From: Gemmatimonadaceae bacterium
GTDB taxonomy: Bacteria; Gemmatimonadota; Gemmatimonadetes; Gemmatimonadales; Gemmatimonadaceae
Assembly (NCBI GenBank): GCA_040902005.1
Contig: JBBDYA010000093.1
Span: 37,690-99,242 of the forward strand
DNA: 61,553 bases
Direction of reading: 5' to 3'
The translations under genes and the position numbers were made by a program. Shown here in pieces: positions 12,014 through 21,600 of the stretch. The first letter of the stretch is position 1. Each line of letters starts with the position of its first letter. The notes below the pieces were generated by a model. That model worked only from the letters and a program-made list of their open reading frames with translations. It searched no databases and was not told where the DNA came from.

Positions 12014-13062
12014 CGCGCATTCTCGGCATCGAGACGTCGTGCGATGAAACGTCGGCGGCCATTCTCGATGGCGCCGGCGACGACGTGCACCTGCGATCGC
12101 TGGTGATCCTGTCGCAGGACGTGCATTGCATCTTTGGCGGCGTGGTGCCCGAGCTGGCGTCGCGCGCGCACCTCACGGCGATCGAGCCGGTGCTGCGGCG
12201 GGCGCTGGACGAAGCCGCGGCGGACCTCGCCTCCCTTGACGCGGTCGCCGTCACCATGGGCCCGGGACTCGTCGGGGCACTGCTGGTGGGCGTCAGCTTC
12301 GGCAAGGCCCTGGCGTGCACGCTGGGCCGTCCGGTCGTCGGGGTGCACCACATGGAAGGGCACCTGTTCGCGACGTCGCTCGAGCACGCCGAGGCCGTGC
12401 CGCCGTTCATCGCGCTGCTCGTGTCCGGCGGGCACACGATGATTCTGGATGTGGAAGCGTGGGGACGCTACCGCATGCTCGGTCGCACGCGCGACGATGC
12501 CGCGGGCGAGGCGTTCGACAAGGTGGGAAAACTGCTGGGGCTACCCTACCCGGGGGGGCCGCATCTGGAGCGCCTCGCGCAGCAGGGAACGCGGAGCGCG
12601 GGCGCTCCGCGGTTTTCGCGTCCGATGGTGCGACGTGACCAGCGCGCCGACGAGCCGGACTACTACGACATGTCGTTCAGCGGGCTCAAGACCGCGGTGC
12701 GCACGGAAATTCGCGGCGCGGAGCGGAACAACGGGATCGTGGCAGCGGCCGATATCGCGCTGGCGTTCCAGGATGCCCTCGTCGACACGCTCGTGGAAAA
12801 GACCGCCCGCGCGGTCGAGGCCTTCGCGCGTGACCGCGTCGTCCTGGGCGGAGGCGTCGCGGGCAACCGCGCGCTCACGGAGGCGATGCGCGCGCGGATG
12901 GCAACGATGGGCGCGCGCGTGTATGCTCCCAGCAGCCGGCTCGCGACGGACAATGCCGCCATGATCGCGCGCGCCGGACTGTTCCATCTCGAGCGCGGCG
13001 CGCGATCCGGGCTCGATCTCAGCGCGTATGCCTCCCTGCAACTTCCAGGTCTGCAAGCGTGA
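12010..13062 (+). CDS. tsaD: tRNA N6-adenosine threonylcarbamoyltransferase TsaD
   Basis: ILGIETSCDET; GGVVPELASRAH; HHMEGH; DDAAGEAFDK; SFSGLKT; TDNAAMI. Confidence 0.98.
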   Translation: MTRILGIETSCDETSAAILDGAGDDVHLRSLVILSQDVHCIFGGVVPELASRAHLTAIEPVLRRALDEAAADLASLDAVAVTMGPGLVGALLVGVSFGKALACTLGRPVVGVHHMEGHLFATSLEHAEAVPPFIALLVSGGHTMILDVEAWGRYRMLGRTRDDAAGEAFDKVGKLLGLPYPGGPHLERLAQQGTRSAGAPRFSRPMVRRDQRADEPDYYDMSFSGLKTAVRTEIRGAERNNGIVAAADIALAFQDALVDTLVEKTARAVEAFARDRVVLGGGVAGNRALTEAMRARMATMGARVYAPSSRLATDNAAMIARAGLFHLERGARSGLDLSAYASLQLPGLQA

Positions 13063-13904
13063 ACACACACATTTTCGCCGCGATCGGCCCGACCGTTCAT
13101 CACCCGTTCCAGTTCGGGCTGGGGGCGTTTCAGCTCACCGGCTTCGGCATCGCGGTCGTGATGTGCTTCGTGGTGGGCCAGATGATCGCACAGCAGGAAA
13201 TGGAGCGTCGCGGGTACGATCCCATGCCCATCGCGGATATGGTCATCGGCGCCGTCGTCGGCGGTCTGCTGGGCGCGAAACTCTACTTCGTCTTCGTGCT
13301 CGGCAACACGGAGGCGTTTTTCACGCGCGGCGGCTTCGTGTTCTGGGGGGGGCTGATCGGCGGCGGCACGGCGGTGCTCGCGATCGCGCGCTTCAAGGAC
13401 GTCCCACTGACGCGGGTGTTCGAGGTGACCGCCGCGCCGATGGCCGCGGCCTACGCCGTCGGCCGCACGGGATGTTGGGCGGTCGGCGATGATTACGGGC
13501 GGCCATGGAACGGCCCGTTCGCCACGATGTTTCCGGAGGGCGCGCCGCCGTCCACGGCGGCGGTCATGTCGACCGAATTCGGCGTGTCCTTTCCCCCCGG
13601 CACCGATCCGAACGCGGTCATCGCGGTCCATCCGACGCAGCTCTACGAAGTGGCGATGGGGCTCGTCATGTTCGCGATCCTCTGGCGCCTGCGCCGGCAC
13701 CGGAACCGGGAAGGATGGCTGTTCGGCGGCTACCTGCTGCTCGCGGGAATCGAGCGGTTCATCGTCGAATTCTTCCGCGCCAAGGACGACTACCTTGCCA
13801 TCGGCCTCACGATCGCGCAGGTCATCGCGCTGAGCGCGGTGGTCGCGGGCGTGGTGTGGCTGTACACCTTCCGCGCGCCGAAGGGATCCACCGCTCGCGT
13901 GTGA
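13059..13904 (+). CDS. lgt: Prolipoprotein diacylglyceryl transferase
   Basis: Multi-TM; GRTGCWAVGDDYG; HPTQLYE; RFIVEFFR. Confidence 0.9.
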   Translation: MNTHIFAAIGPTVHHPFQFGLGAFQLTGFGIAVVMCFVVGQMIAQQEMERRGYDPMPIADMVIGAVVGGLLGAKLYFVFVLGNTEAFFTRGGFVFWGGLIGGGTAVLAIARFKDVPLTRVFEVTAAPMAAAYAVGRTGCWAVGDDYGRPWNGPFATMFPEGAPPSTAAVMSTEFGVSFPPGTDPNAVIAVHPTQLYEVAMGLVMFAILWRLRRHRNREGWLFGGYLLLAGIERFIVEFFRAKDDYLAIGLTIAQVIALSAVVAGVVWLYTFRAPKGSTARV

Positions 13905-13923
13905 CGCGGCTCCAGCCTCCGCG

Positions 13924-14427
13924 CTAGCTGCCTTTCCGCGCCGGCAGGGCGTCGATGACGGCGCGGAGCGCGAGCCAGCAGCGGTCGGCCGCATCGAAGG
14001 TGGCGGCCAGCTGCACGGTCCAGCCGCGCCAGGCCGCGAGCCGCGCGTGTTCGTCCGCGGCGAGGGCGACCCGCGCCCGCTCGGCAAGCCGCTCGAGCGA
14101 CCGGGAATACTCCCCGACGCGCTCCAGCAGCTCGGCCCGCAGCGCGCGTCGCGCGGACGGTCGGGCGTCGGGCCATTCCAGGAGAATCCTGTCGATGGAT
14201 CGGTCCAGCCCGCGCGCCAGCTCGGCGGCATCGAACGCGCGCAGACACGCAGCGGCGCTCCGCGCCTCCGCGGCCCGCTTGCGCCCCTCCATCAGCGGCA
14301 GAAAGAAGAGCGACTGATACGAGCCGCCGCCACGACGCGCGGATCCCAGCGCGCGCAGCGCCCGCGTGAGCTCCGGCAGCTCGCCGTATTCCACCTGGTG
14401 TGGTGCGCGGGGGCGCGGCGCGTCCAT
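13924..14427 (-). CDS. Hypothetical alpha-helical protein
   Basis: Starts 4 nt after the HAD stop, so probably in the same operon; no motif recognised. Confidence 0.6.
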   Translation of the reverse strand: MDAPRPRAPHQVEYGELPELTRALRALGSARRGGGSYQSLFFLPLMEGRKRAAEARSAAACLRAFDAAELARGLDRSIDRILLEWPDARPSARRALRAELLERVGEYSRSLERLAERARVALAADEHARLAAWRGWTVQLAATFDAADRCWLALRAVIDALPARKGS

Positions 14428-14431
14428 GCGC

Positions 14432-15124
14432 CTACGCTCCGAGGATGGCGTTGGTCACGCGCGTGGTGTCCGTGAGGTCCGCAAACACCGCGATGGGCCG
14501 ATACGCCTCGAGTTCGACGACGGAATACCGCCCGGTCGCCACGCCGATGGCGCCGGCGCCGAGCGACTGGCCGCAGGTGAGGTCCGCGGGCGTGTCGCCG
14601 ATGACGATCATCGCGTTTCCTTCGACCGCCAGGCCGAGCCGCTCGCGCGCCCGCTGCCGCGCCACGGCTGGCAGCTCCGGGCGTTCCTCGTGATCGGAAC
14701 CGTACGCCCCGACGGCGAATCGGCGCGGATCGATGCCGACCGCCTGGAGCTTTGCGCGCGCGCCCAACTCGATGTTCCCCGTCAGCAGCCCCAGCGTGAT
14801 GTCGGCGCGGGCCTCGAGCGCATCCAGCAGTTGCGGCACGCCGGGCAGGGGGCGGAGGTCGTGTCCCGGCGCCGCGAGCTCCTCGTCGAGACACGACACG
14901 TACCGGTCGAGCAGCGCGCGCATGCCGGCGTCGATGCGGGCGTCCTCGTGCCCCGCGAGCCGCATCAGCTCCCGGACGATCTGCGGGTCGGTCTTGCCGT
15001 CGAACCGGTAGTCGGCCGGGCCGGTGGCGCCGAAGACCTCGGTCAGCGCGCGATGAATGGCGCGCCTGCCGGCCCCATCGCTCAAGAGCAGCGTGCCGTC
15101 GATGTCGAAGAGCACCAGCTTCAC
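14432..15124 (-). CDS. HAD-superfamily hydrolase (phosphoglycolate phosphatase-like)
   Basis: VKLVLFDIDGTLL; LGLLTGN; IVIGDTPAD. Start trimmed to the GTG overlapping the DMT stop. Confidence 0.93.
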   Translation of the reverse strand: MKLVLFDIDGTLLLSDGAGRRAIHRALTEVFGATGPADYRFDGKTDPQIVRELMRLAGHEDARIDAGMRALLDRYVSCLDEELAAPGHDLRPLPGVPQLLDALEARADITLGLLTGNIELGARAKLQAVGIDPRRFAVGAYGSDHEERPELPAVARQRARERLGLAVEGNAMIVIGDTPADLTCGQSLGAGAIGVATGRYSVVELEAYRPIAVFADLTDTTRVTNAILGA

Positions 15125-16050
15125 GTTGCGTCCGAGGCGGGTGCGCGCGTGAGCAGCGCTCCGCCGACGATGGTCACCGCGCCGATGATCTGCCACACCC
15201 GCGGCGTCTCGCCCAGTGTGAGCCAGGCCACCAGCAGCGCGATGAACGGTTGAAGGTTGGCGTACAGGGCGGTCCGTGTGGGACCCAGCACCTTCACGCC
15301 GCGATACCATAGAATGTACGCGACCACCAGGCCGCCGAGTCCCGCGTAGACCATCGATACCCACGCACCCGTGGGCACGCTGCTCCAGTCGTGCGTGACG
15401 ATGGCACGCCCGCCCACGATCAGGAGCACCACGGCGCCACCGCACATGCTGAGCGCGATGACGTACCAGCTGCTCACGCGCCGCGTGTAGGGAACGAGCA
15501 GCACGGTGTAGATGGCCCAGCACACGGACCCGCACAGCACCAGCAGGTTGCCCGTGAGCGACCCGCCCTGGGCTCCCGGGCCGGTGGCCGCACGCCCGAG
15601 CACCACGAGCCCCACGCCCGAAATGGACAGTGCGATTCCGATCGCGCTGCGCCCACCGACGCGTTCCACCCCGCGCATCCACCCGAAGAGCGCCATGAGC
15701 GCCGGCGACGCGCCGACGACGAGCGCCGCTTCACCGGCACGCGTTCGCGTGATTCCCTCGGCGAAGAAGAGCTGATACAGCCCGTTGCCCAGCATGCCGA
15801 GCGCGAAGATGGCCAGTGCATCCCGCCTCGCCGGCGGCACCCCCCAGATGTACGCGATGACCAGCAACGCGAGCGCCGCGAGCGCCACACGGACGCCGTT
15901 GTACGCGAGCGCGGGAACGAGCCCCGTGCCGTACTTGATGACGCTGTAGTTGATGCCCCAGATGAGCGCCATGCCGAGCACCGCCATTTCCGCGATCAGC
16001 ACGGTGCGCCGCGACGGGGCGAGCGCGACGAATCGGTGGTCCGACGTCAT
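15121..16050 (-). CDS. DMT/EamA-family transporter
   Basis: About 10 TM helices in two EamA repeats; IWGINY; GVKVLGPTRTALYANLQP. Confidence 0.93.
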   Translation of the reverse strand: MTSDHRFVALAPSRRTVLIAEMAVLGMALIWGINYSVIKYGTGLVPALAYNGVRVALAALALLVIAYIWGVPPARRDALAIFALGMLGNGLYQLFFAEGITRTRAGEAALVVGASPALMALFGWMRGVERVGGRSAIGIALSISGVGLVVLGRAATGPGAQGGSLTGNLLVLCGSVCWAIYTVLLVPYTRRVSSWYVIALSMCGGAVVLLIVGGRAIVTHDWSSVPTGAWVSMVYAGLGGLVVAYILWYRGVKVLGPTRTALYANLQPFIALLVAWLTLGETPRVWQIIGAVTIVGGALLTRAPASDAT

Positions 16051-16125
16051 GCGCGAGTGGTCAAGCGCGGAGAGGCATGCGCTCGAAAAGTAGACGCGCC
16101 TCCAAGGGCGGCCTATGTTGCCGAC

Positions 16126-16551
16126 ATGCAAGTGGCGTTCGCGCTCTTCGCCGACGCGGCGAACCTGTCGCAGGAAGGCAAACTCAACGTCCTCGGCGTT
16201 TTCGACGCCCTCCAGGTGGGCGCGGTCCCCGCGGTGCACCCGCGCGCGCACCTCGTGGTCCACCTCAAGGGCAAGCTGGCCGATGTCGGCCGCCACTCGG
16301 TCACGCTGCGCTGGGTGAACCCGCAGGGGAGCGAGCTGTGGACGAGTACCGGCGAACTGAACGTGGGACAGCCGCCGACCGGCGTGACGGAAATGGATCT
16401 TCCCCTCATCGCGCAGATCGATCTGCCGATCGATTCCGCCGGTGGCTACCGCATGACCGTGTCGCTGGACGACCAGCCGAGCGCCGAAGTACCGGTGCAG
16501 GTCCGGACGCAGCCGGCCGTGCGGCCGCCGCAGGGCGGTTTGTTTTCGTAG
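16126..16551 (+). CDS. Small beta-sandwich protein, DUF6941-like
   Basis: MQVAFALFADAANLSQEGKLNVLGVFD...GGYRMTVSLDDQ. Confidence 0.75.
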   Translation: MQVAFALFADAANLSQEGKLNVLGVFDALQVGAVPAVHPRAHLVVHLKGKLADVGRHSVTLRWVNPQGSELWTSTGELNVGQPPTGVTEMDLPLIAQIDLPIDSAGGYRMTVSLDDQPSAEVPVQVRTQPAVRPPQGGLFS

Positions 16552-16708
16552 CGGGGAACGGGGACGGGGAAATGCGAACCAGAAGGGCGGGAATGGGAGC
16601 GGGGGGAGGGATAGGGAAGTGGGGCTCCCCCTCCCCCTCCCCCTCCCACTCCCAAGTCCCGCCGTTTTAGTGCGCTGTTCCCACTTCCCACTTCCCACTT
16701 CCCACTTC
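16552..16708. repeat. G-rich/C-rich nested inverted short-repeat element between convergent genes
   Basis: GGGGAAC-like units and a GGCGGGAA-GGGAG arm, then (CTCCCC)n-TCCCGCCGTT and (TTCCCAC)4. Confidence 0.85.
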
Positions 16709-17488
16709 CTAGAGTACCCGCCTGGCCCCGAGAAAACGCTCACGCAGCTTCGCCACGTATCTGTCCTTCCGGTCGCCGAGCGTCTCCACCGCAAACCCGC
16801 CCCGCCCCAGTGCGAGGTGCGCCAGGCGTCCGGACCCGAGCGCGATGGCCACGTGCGTCACCAACTTGTCGTCGCGGTCACTGAAGAAGGCGAGGTCGGC
16901 GGCCTCGAGATCGTTCAGTCCGCCCGCTTCGTCGCCCGTCCCGGACTGCTGCCAGGCGTCGCGCGGTAACTGAATGCCGTGCATCGCGAATATCGTCTGA
17001 ACAAAGCCGGAGCAGTCAGCCCCCCAGGGGGTAATCCCGCCCCACAGGTAGGACGTGCCCTGAAAGAAGTCCTGCGCGGACCGAGTGATGGCGATGGCGG
17101 CGCGTGGAAACCGCATCGGCAGCGCGGGGTGATCGATGGCGTCGCCGCTCTTCACCACCTCGGAGGGTGAGAGGTAGGCGCCAAGCGGAAGCGCCCGACG
17201 ACCACCGTTGGGAATCGCGGTGACGCAACCCAGCGAGACGCGCGCGATCTGCGAACTGCGGCGCGCACCGGCCGCGGGCACGGGGGACAGGAAGCCGCGA
17301 TGGATCCACCCCTGGTAGGCATCCGCGCCGCGCGCGAGAAACCAGTCGTCGTCCGCGTCGAGCAGGTCCACTACATGGCCGGACAACCGCTGGGAAATCT
17401 GAATGCTGGTGAGCATGGGATCCGCGTACATCGGCGCAACGGGCGCTCGCACGAGCGCCCGGCCGGGAGACGAAAGCGACGCGGTCAT
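16709..17488 (-). CDS. SH3 + NlpC/P60 (C40) peptidase, YkfC/dipeptidyl-peptidase VI-like
   Basis: YQGWI SH3b-like segment; YLWGGITPWGADCSG; LPRDAWQQ; HVAIALG; no signal peptide. Confidence 0.9.
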   Translation of the reverse strand: MTASLSSPGRALVRAPVAPMYADPMLTSIQISQRLSGHVVDLLDADDDWFLARGADAYQGWIHRGFLSPVPAAGARRSSQIARVSLGCVTAIPNGGRRALPLGAYLSPSEVVKSGDAIDHPALPMRFPRAAIAITRSAQDFFQGTSYLWGGITPWGADCSGFVQTIFAMHGIQLPRDAWQQSGTGDEAGGLNDLEAADLAFFSDRDDKLVTHVAIALGSGRLAHLALGRGGFAVETLGDRKDRYVAKLRERFLGARRVL

Positions 17489-18459
17489 CGCGATGCGTCG
17501 GCGAGACCGGGAACGCCGTCCCGCCCGACCGCCGCGCGCACGCCGCGCTCGATGGCGTCTTCCAGGGCCCGCGTGGCGAGGAGCTCGAGCGGCATGAGGG
17601 TGCCGCGCGGACCCTCCCCCTCCATGGGACACAGCGCGAAGACGATGTCGCCATCCAACGGCGTGCCCGCGGGCGTAACGCGGCGAAAGAGGGCGGCGCC
17701 CGCGGCACGCGCGAGTTGCGCCAGCTCAACCCGCTCCAGCACCATGTTCGTCGCCACCACGCACAGGGTGGTATTGTGCGCGCCGAGCTGACCGAACTTC
17801 GGCGGAGAAGAATACTCCGATAGCAGCTTCACGCAGTCGAGGAAATCACCCTTGGGCCCGCGCGCGCCGGCGATGATCCGCCCCTCCGCGTCGCGCACGT
17901 CGCCGAGCGAGTTCACGACCGCCGCGGCGCACACCACCATGTCGCCCATGGAATGCGTGGCGCAGCCGAAGCCGCCCTTCATGGCGAGCGCGGGACCGGC
18001 CGCCTTGCCGACGGTGGCGCCCGTCGCGGCACCCACCGAGCCCTCCGCGATTCCGGTGGGGCGCGCCGAATCACAGGCCGCGTACGCCATCTCGGCCGTG
18101 GGGCGCGCCCGGAAGTCGCCGAGCGGCGCCAGATCGAAGATGACCGCGGCCGGAACGATCGGCACGACGCCGGCGGCGACGTCGAATCCGCGCTTCCGTT
18201 CCTCCATCCACCGCATCACGCCAGCCGCGGCATCGAGTCCGTACGCGGAGCCGCCGGTCAGCAGGATGGCGTCCACGCGCCCCGCCTGGTGGTTCGGAGA
18301 CAGCGTCTCAAGCTCGCGCGTGCCGGTGGCGCGCCCGAAGACGCACGCCGCGCCGCGGTGTGGCCTCCGCAACCCGCGCACGACGGTAAGCCCGGTCGCG
18401 CCGCGTTCGTCCGTCGCGTGTCCCACGCCCAACCCGACCGCGGAAAAATCGGCGCTCAT
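17485..18459 (-). CDS. Peptidase family S58/P1 (DmpA-like aminopeptidase)
   Basis: TGTRELETL; LTGGSAYGLDAA; EGSVGAATG; autoprocessing NTTL; DGDIVF. Confidence 0.92.
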   Translation of the reverse strand: MSADFSAVGLGVGHATDERGATGLTVVRGLRRPHRGAACVFGRATGTRELETLSPNHQAGRVDAILLTGGSAYGLDAAAGVMRWMEERKRGFDVAAGVVPIVPAAVIFDLAPLGDFRARPTAEMAYAACDSARPTGIAEGSVGAATGATVGKAAGPALAMKGGFGCATHSMGDMVVCAAAVVNSLGDVRDAEGRIIAGARGPKGDFLDCVKLLSEYSSPPKFGQLGAHNTTLCVVATNMVLERVELAQLARAAGAALFRRVTPAGTPLDGDIVFALCPMEGEGPRGTLMPLELLATRALEDAIERGVRAAVGRDGVPGLADASR

Positions 18460-18463
18460 CGCG

Positions 18464-18652
18464 TCAGTCAGCGGGAGATGTCGCCGGCTTGCCCGTGCGG
18501 TCCTGACAGGCGCGGCAGCGGATGACGCCGCGCAGGTTGCACAGGACACAGAGAAATGTGCCGCACTCCACGCAGGGATACCCCTCCGAGGCGCGCTCCT
18601 CGCTGCCGCACGCCCGACAGAGCATCGCATCGCGTTCCCTCAGCTCGGTCAT
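18464..18652 (-). CDS. Small 8-Cys putative Zn-binding protein
   Basis: CRAC-x11-CVEC-x4-CVLC-x7-CRAC; fills the gap between tamB and the peptidase on the same strand. Confidence 0.75.
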   Translation of the reverse strand: MTELRERDAMLCRACGSEERASEGYPCVECGTFLCVLCNLRGVIRCRACQDRTGKPATSPAD

Positions 18653-18668
18653 ATCGCTCAAAGTCTAG

Positions 18669-21600
18669 CTAGAACCGCCAGGTCCTGAAGAGCGAGAGCC
18701 CCCACTGGGACGGCGTGCGGATCACGCGCCCGCTCTGGCCTGCCCGGCAGATCATCGCGCTGGCGCTGGGCTCCTTGCCAGCCCGGATGGAGGCATCGCC
18801 CGAAAGCCGCCATTCGAGGCGTCCACTCAGGCCGTCCAGCAGGTCTACGTTCAGGTCCGGGTCACCCCGAAGCGTGCAGATGCCGGCGCTCGCGCTGACG
18901 TACACGTTGTGAGCGACTTGCCGCTCCGCGGCCAGCCGCGACGAGAAGAACGCATCCTTGAGCACGTCGCCGCGATAATCCTCCTCGAACAGGGACCCGA
19001 AGTTCGCGGTGCCCGGCCGCAGCTGGACGAAGTCCGCCCAGGGACCCACAAGTCCCCGCAGCACGGCCGCCGCGCCCACCGCCGCCGAGGGCAGCAGCGT
19101 CTGCGCCGCGAGCTTCACATAGTCCTGCGCGCCACGGCCCAACTCGAAGTTCGGCTGGCCGAAGATCAGGTAGCTCACAAGGTCGGACTGGCCCAGCGCG
19201 AAGCTTTCGGCGCTTTCCAGCGTCAGGATCGGCGCGGCAATCGTACCGGTGAGCCGCACACGCACGCGCAGGTCGCTCTGGTCCGTGCGCACCGTGTGCA
19301 GGGCGCTGATGTCCAGCACGGGATCCAGCCCGGCCACCGGAAAGAAGGTGATCGTTCCCCCTTCCACGTCGAACTCGCGCTGAATGGCATAGCCGAGCGA
19401 CAGGTTGTACGTGCCGCGCTCGGCGCGGAGCACGCCATCGAAGAGCGGCCGATACCGCACCGAATCGGTCTCGAGTGCCGTGACCGACAGCGACGACACC
19501 CGTTCCCGAACGCGCTGCACCGTGAGCGAACCCACGAGCTTGATGTCCGCTTCGTCCGACACCAGCCGCACCTCGTCTCCCAGCGTGACGCGCACGTTGT
19601 CCATGAGGAGCGATTCCATCAGGCGGGATGACGGCTGCGGCAACACCTGGCGGATGCTCTCGGCGGTGTCGCCGAACTGCCAGGCGAGATCGACGCGCCG
19701 CTTGCGCGCCAGTTCCGGGTCGGGGAGGAAAAGCGTCCCGCGGTCCACGACCAGGCCGCCGGTGAGCGTGGCGCCGCGCAACGGTCCGCGAAGAAGCATG
19801 CCGTCCGGTTCGGTGCTCACATCCAGCCGCGCGAGCGTACGCCGGTTCAGAGCGTGGAAGGTGCGCGCAGCCAGCCGCAGACTGAAGACCGGGTTGGTCA
19901 GGTCGCGGTACGCGATGTAGCCGCGCAGCGAAACGGAATCTGCCGGACCGGCACCGCTCCACGCCACGAGTCGTCGGATCGCGAGACTGTCGCTGTGGCC
20001 GAACAGCGCGATGTCCGCGTTGATGCCGCGCATCCGGATCCCCAGCGGCGTCACCGTCGCCTCGCCGTCTTCCACGCGAATGCTCCCCGCGACGTCGGGA
20101 TGATCCCAGGTGCCGCGAATGTCCACGGTGGCCCCGATCCGGCCGGTGGCCCCCTCGAGCTGCGGGATGAACGCTTCGACGATGTCGAACGTGGCGCTGT
20201 CGGTGCGGATCGTCCCGCGCAGGGAGTCGCTGAGCAGTACCGCGCCGAAATACTTCAAGTCGACCGGAAGGGAGCCGCGGGCGAACACCACGTTGCGGCC
20301 GCCGCGCGCGAGGTCCAGCGAGACTTCGGCACGGCGGTTGGTGTACTCGGCCACGCCGGTGATGCGCTCCATGCTGAACCCGCCGTACTGCACGCCATTC
20401 AGCCGCGCCTGGAGATTCATGATGGGTGCGTCGCTCGTGCCGGTGCCCTGGATGGACAGGTTCGCGAACCCCGCGAGCGCGCGTCGTGTCTGGGCCACGG
20501 CGCCCACGTCGTGCAGCGGAATGCTGTCGGCGCGAAAGAACACACGCGCGCGTCCGACGTCCGGCACCGCGCCGGCCAGCCAGAGTCGTCCACCGGCCCC
20601 GTTCGACAGGGCAAGCGAATCGATGGTGAATCCGGTGCCTCGCGTATGGATCCTGGCAGGCCCTCGCAGGGTCCATCGGCTCGGTCCCGTCGCCAGGCTC
20701 AGCTCGTGCAGAACGATGTCGTTCTCGCGGTCGCCAAGGGCCATATCCGCGCGCGCTGCCAGCGTGACGCCGTTCGTGGCGACCGCGCCGAGGGTGATGC
20801 TGCCGGTGCGTCCCGCGTCCAGCCGAGTGGACGCGACCAGGGAATCCAGCTCGATGCCGCCGATGTTGAGCGACGTGAAGCGAATGGAGGCGGTACCGGT
20901 GGGCGCTCCGAAAATGTCGGCGAGCGCGAAGCTGCCGCTGATTTCCCGGCCGGCCTCACGGCGCACGAAGACGCGGGAACCGACCACCGTCCCGCTGACG
21001 TCCGGGGAACGCAACGACCCGCGCGCGGTTCCCGCGAGCACCAGCGATCCGCCGAGGGAGTCGGCCGCCACCCCCTGCGCGAACGTCGAGGTGAACCGGG
21101 ACAGGTAGCGCCGGAGTCCGCCGAGCGAGTCCGCGGTCACCTCGTACACCAACGAATCGGATCCGCCACCCAACAGGCCCAGCGCGCCGCTGGCGGTGAT
21201 CCTGGCCGCCGTGCTCTCCATCCTGAGCGTGTCCACGTACATCCTTCCGTCCGCGAAACGGGCACGCAGCGTGGACGGAAAGATCCGGATGCTGTCGATC
21301 TCGGACCGCTCGAGCAGCAGCGACGCGGCGCCCGCCAGGGTGGCCAGGTTCGCCGTGTCGCCCCGCACGCCGATCTCGTACGTGCCGGTAATCCAGCCGG
21401 AGGGCAGTTTTTCCAGATCAATCAGCTCGCGCAGGTTCAGCGTGTCCATGCGACCGGTGCCGTGCGCCGCCACGCTGAGCGGATACGCGTCGACCGTGCC
21501 GGCATACGTGAGGCGGCCGGCGGCGCCCTGGAGATCCATGGTAAGCCGCAGGTTGTCGGTGGTGCCCGATGCGCGCACCGGACCACTCATCAGCCCCCTG

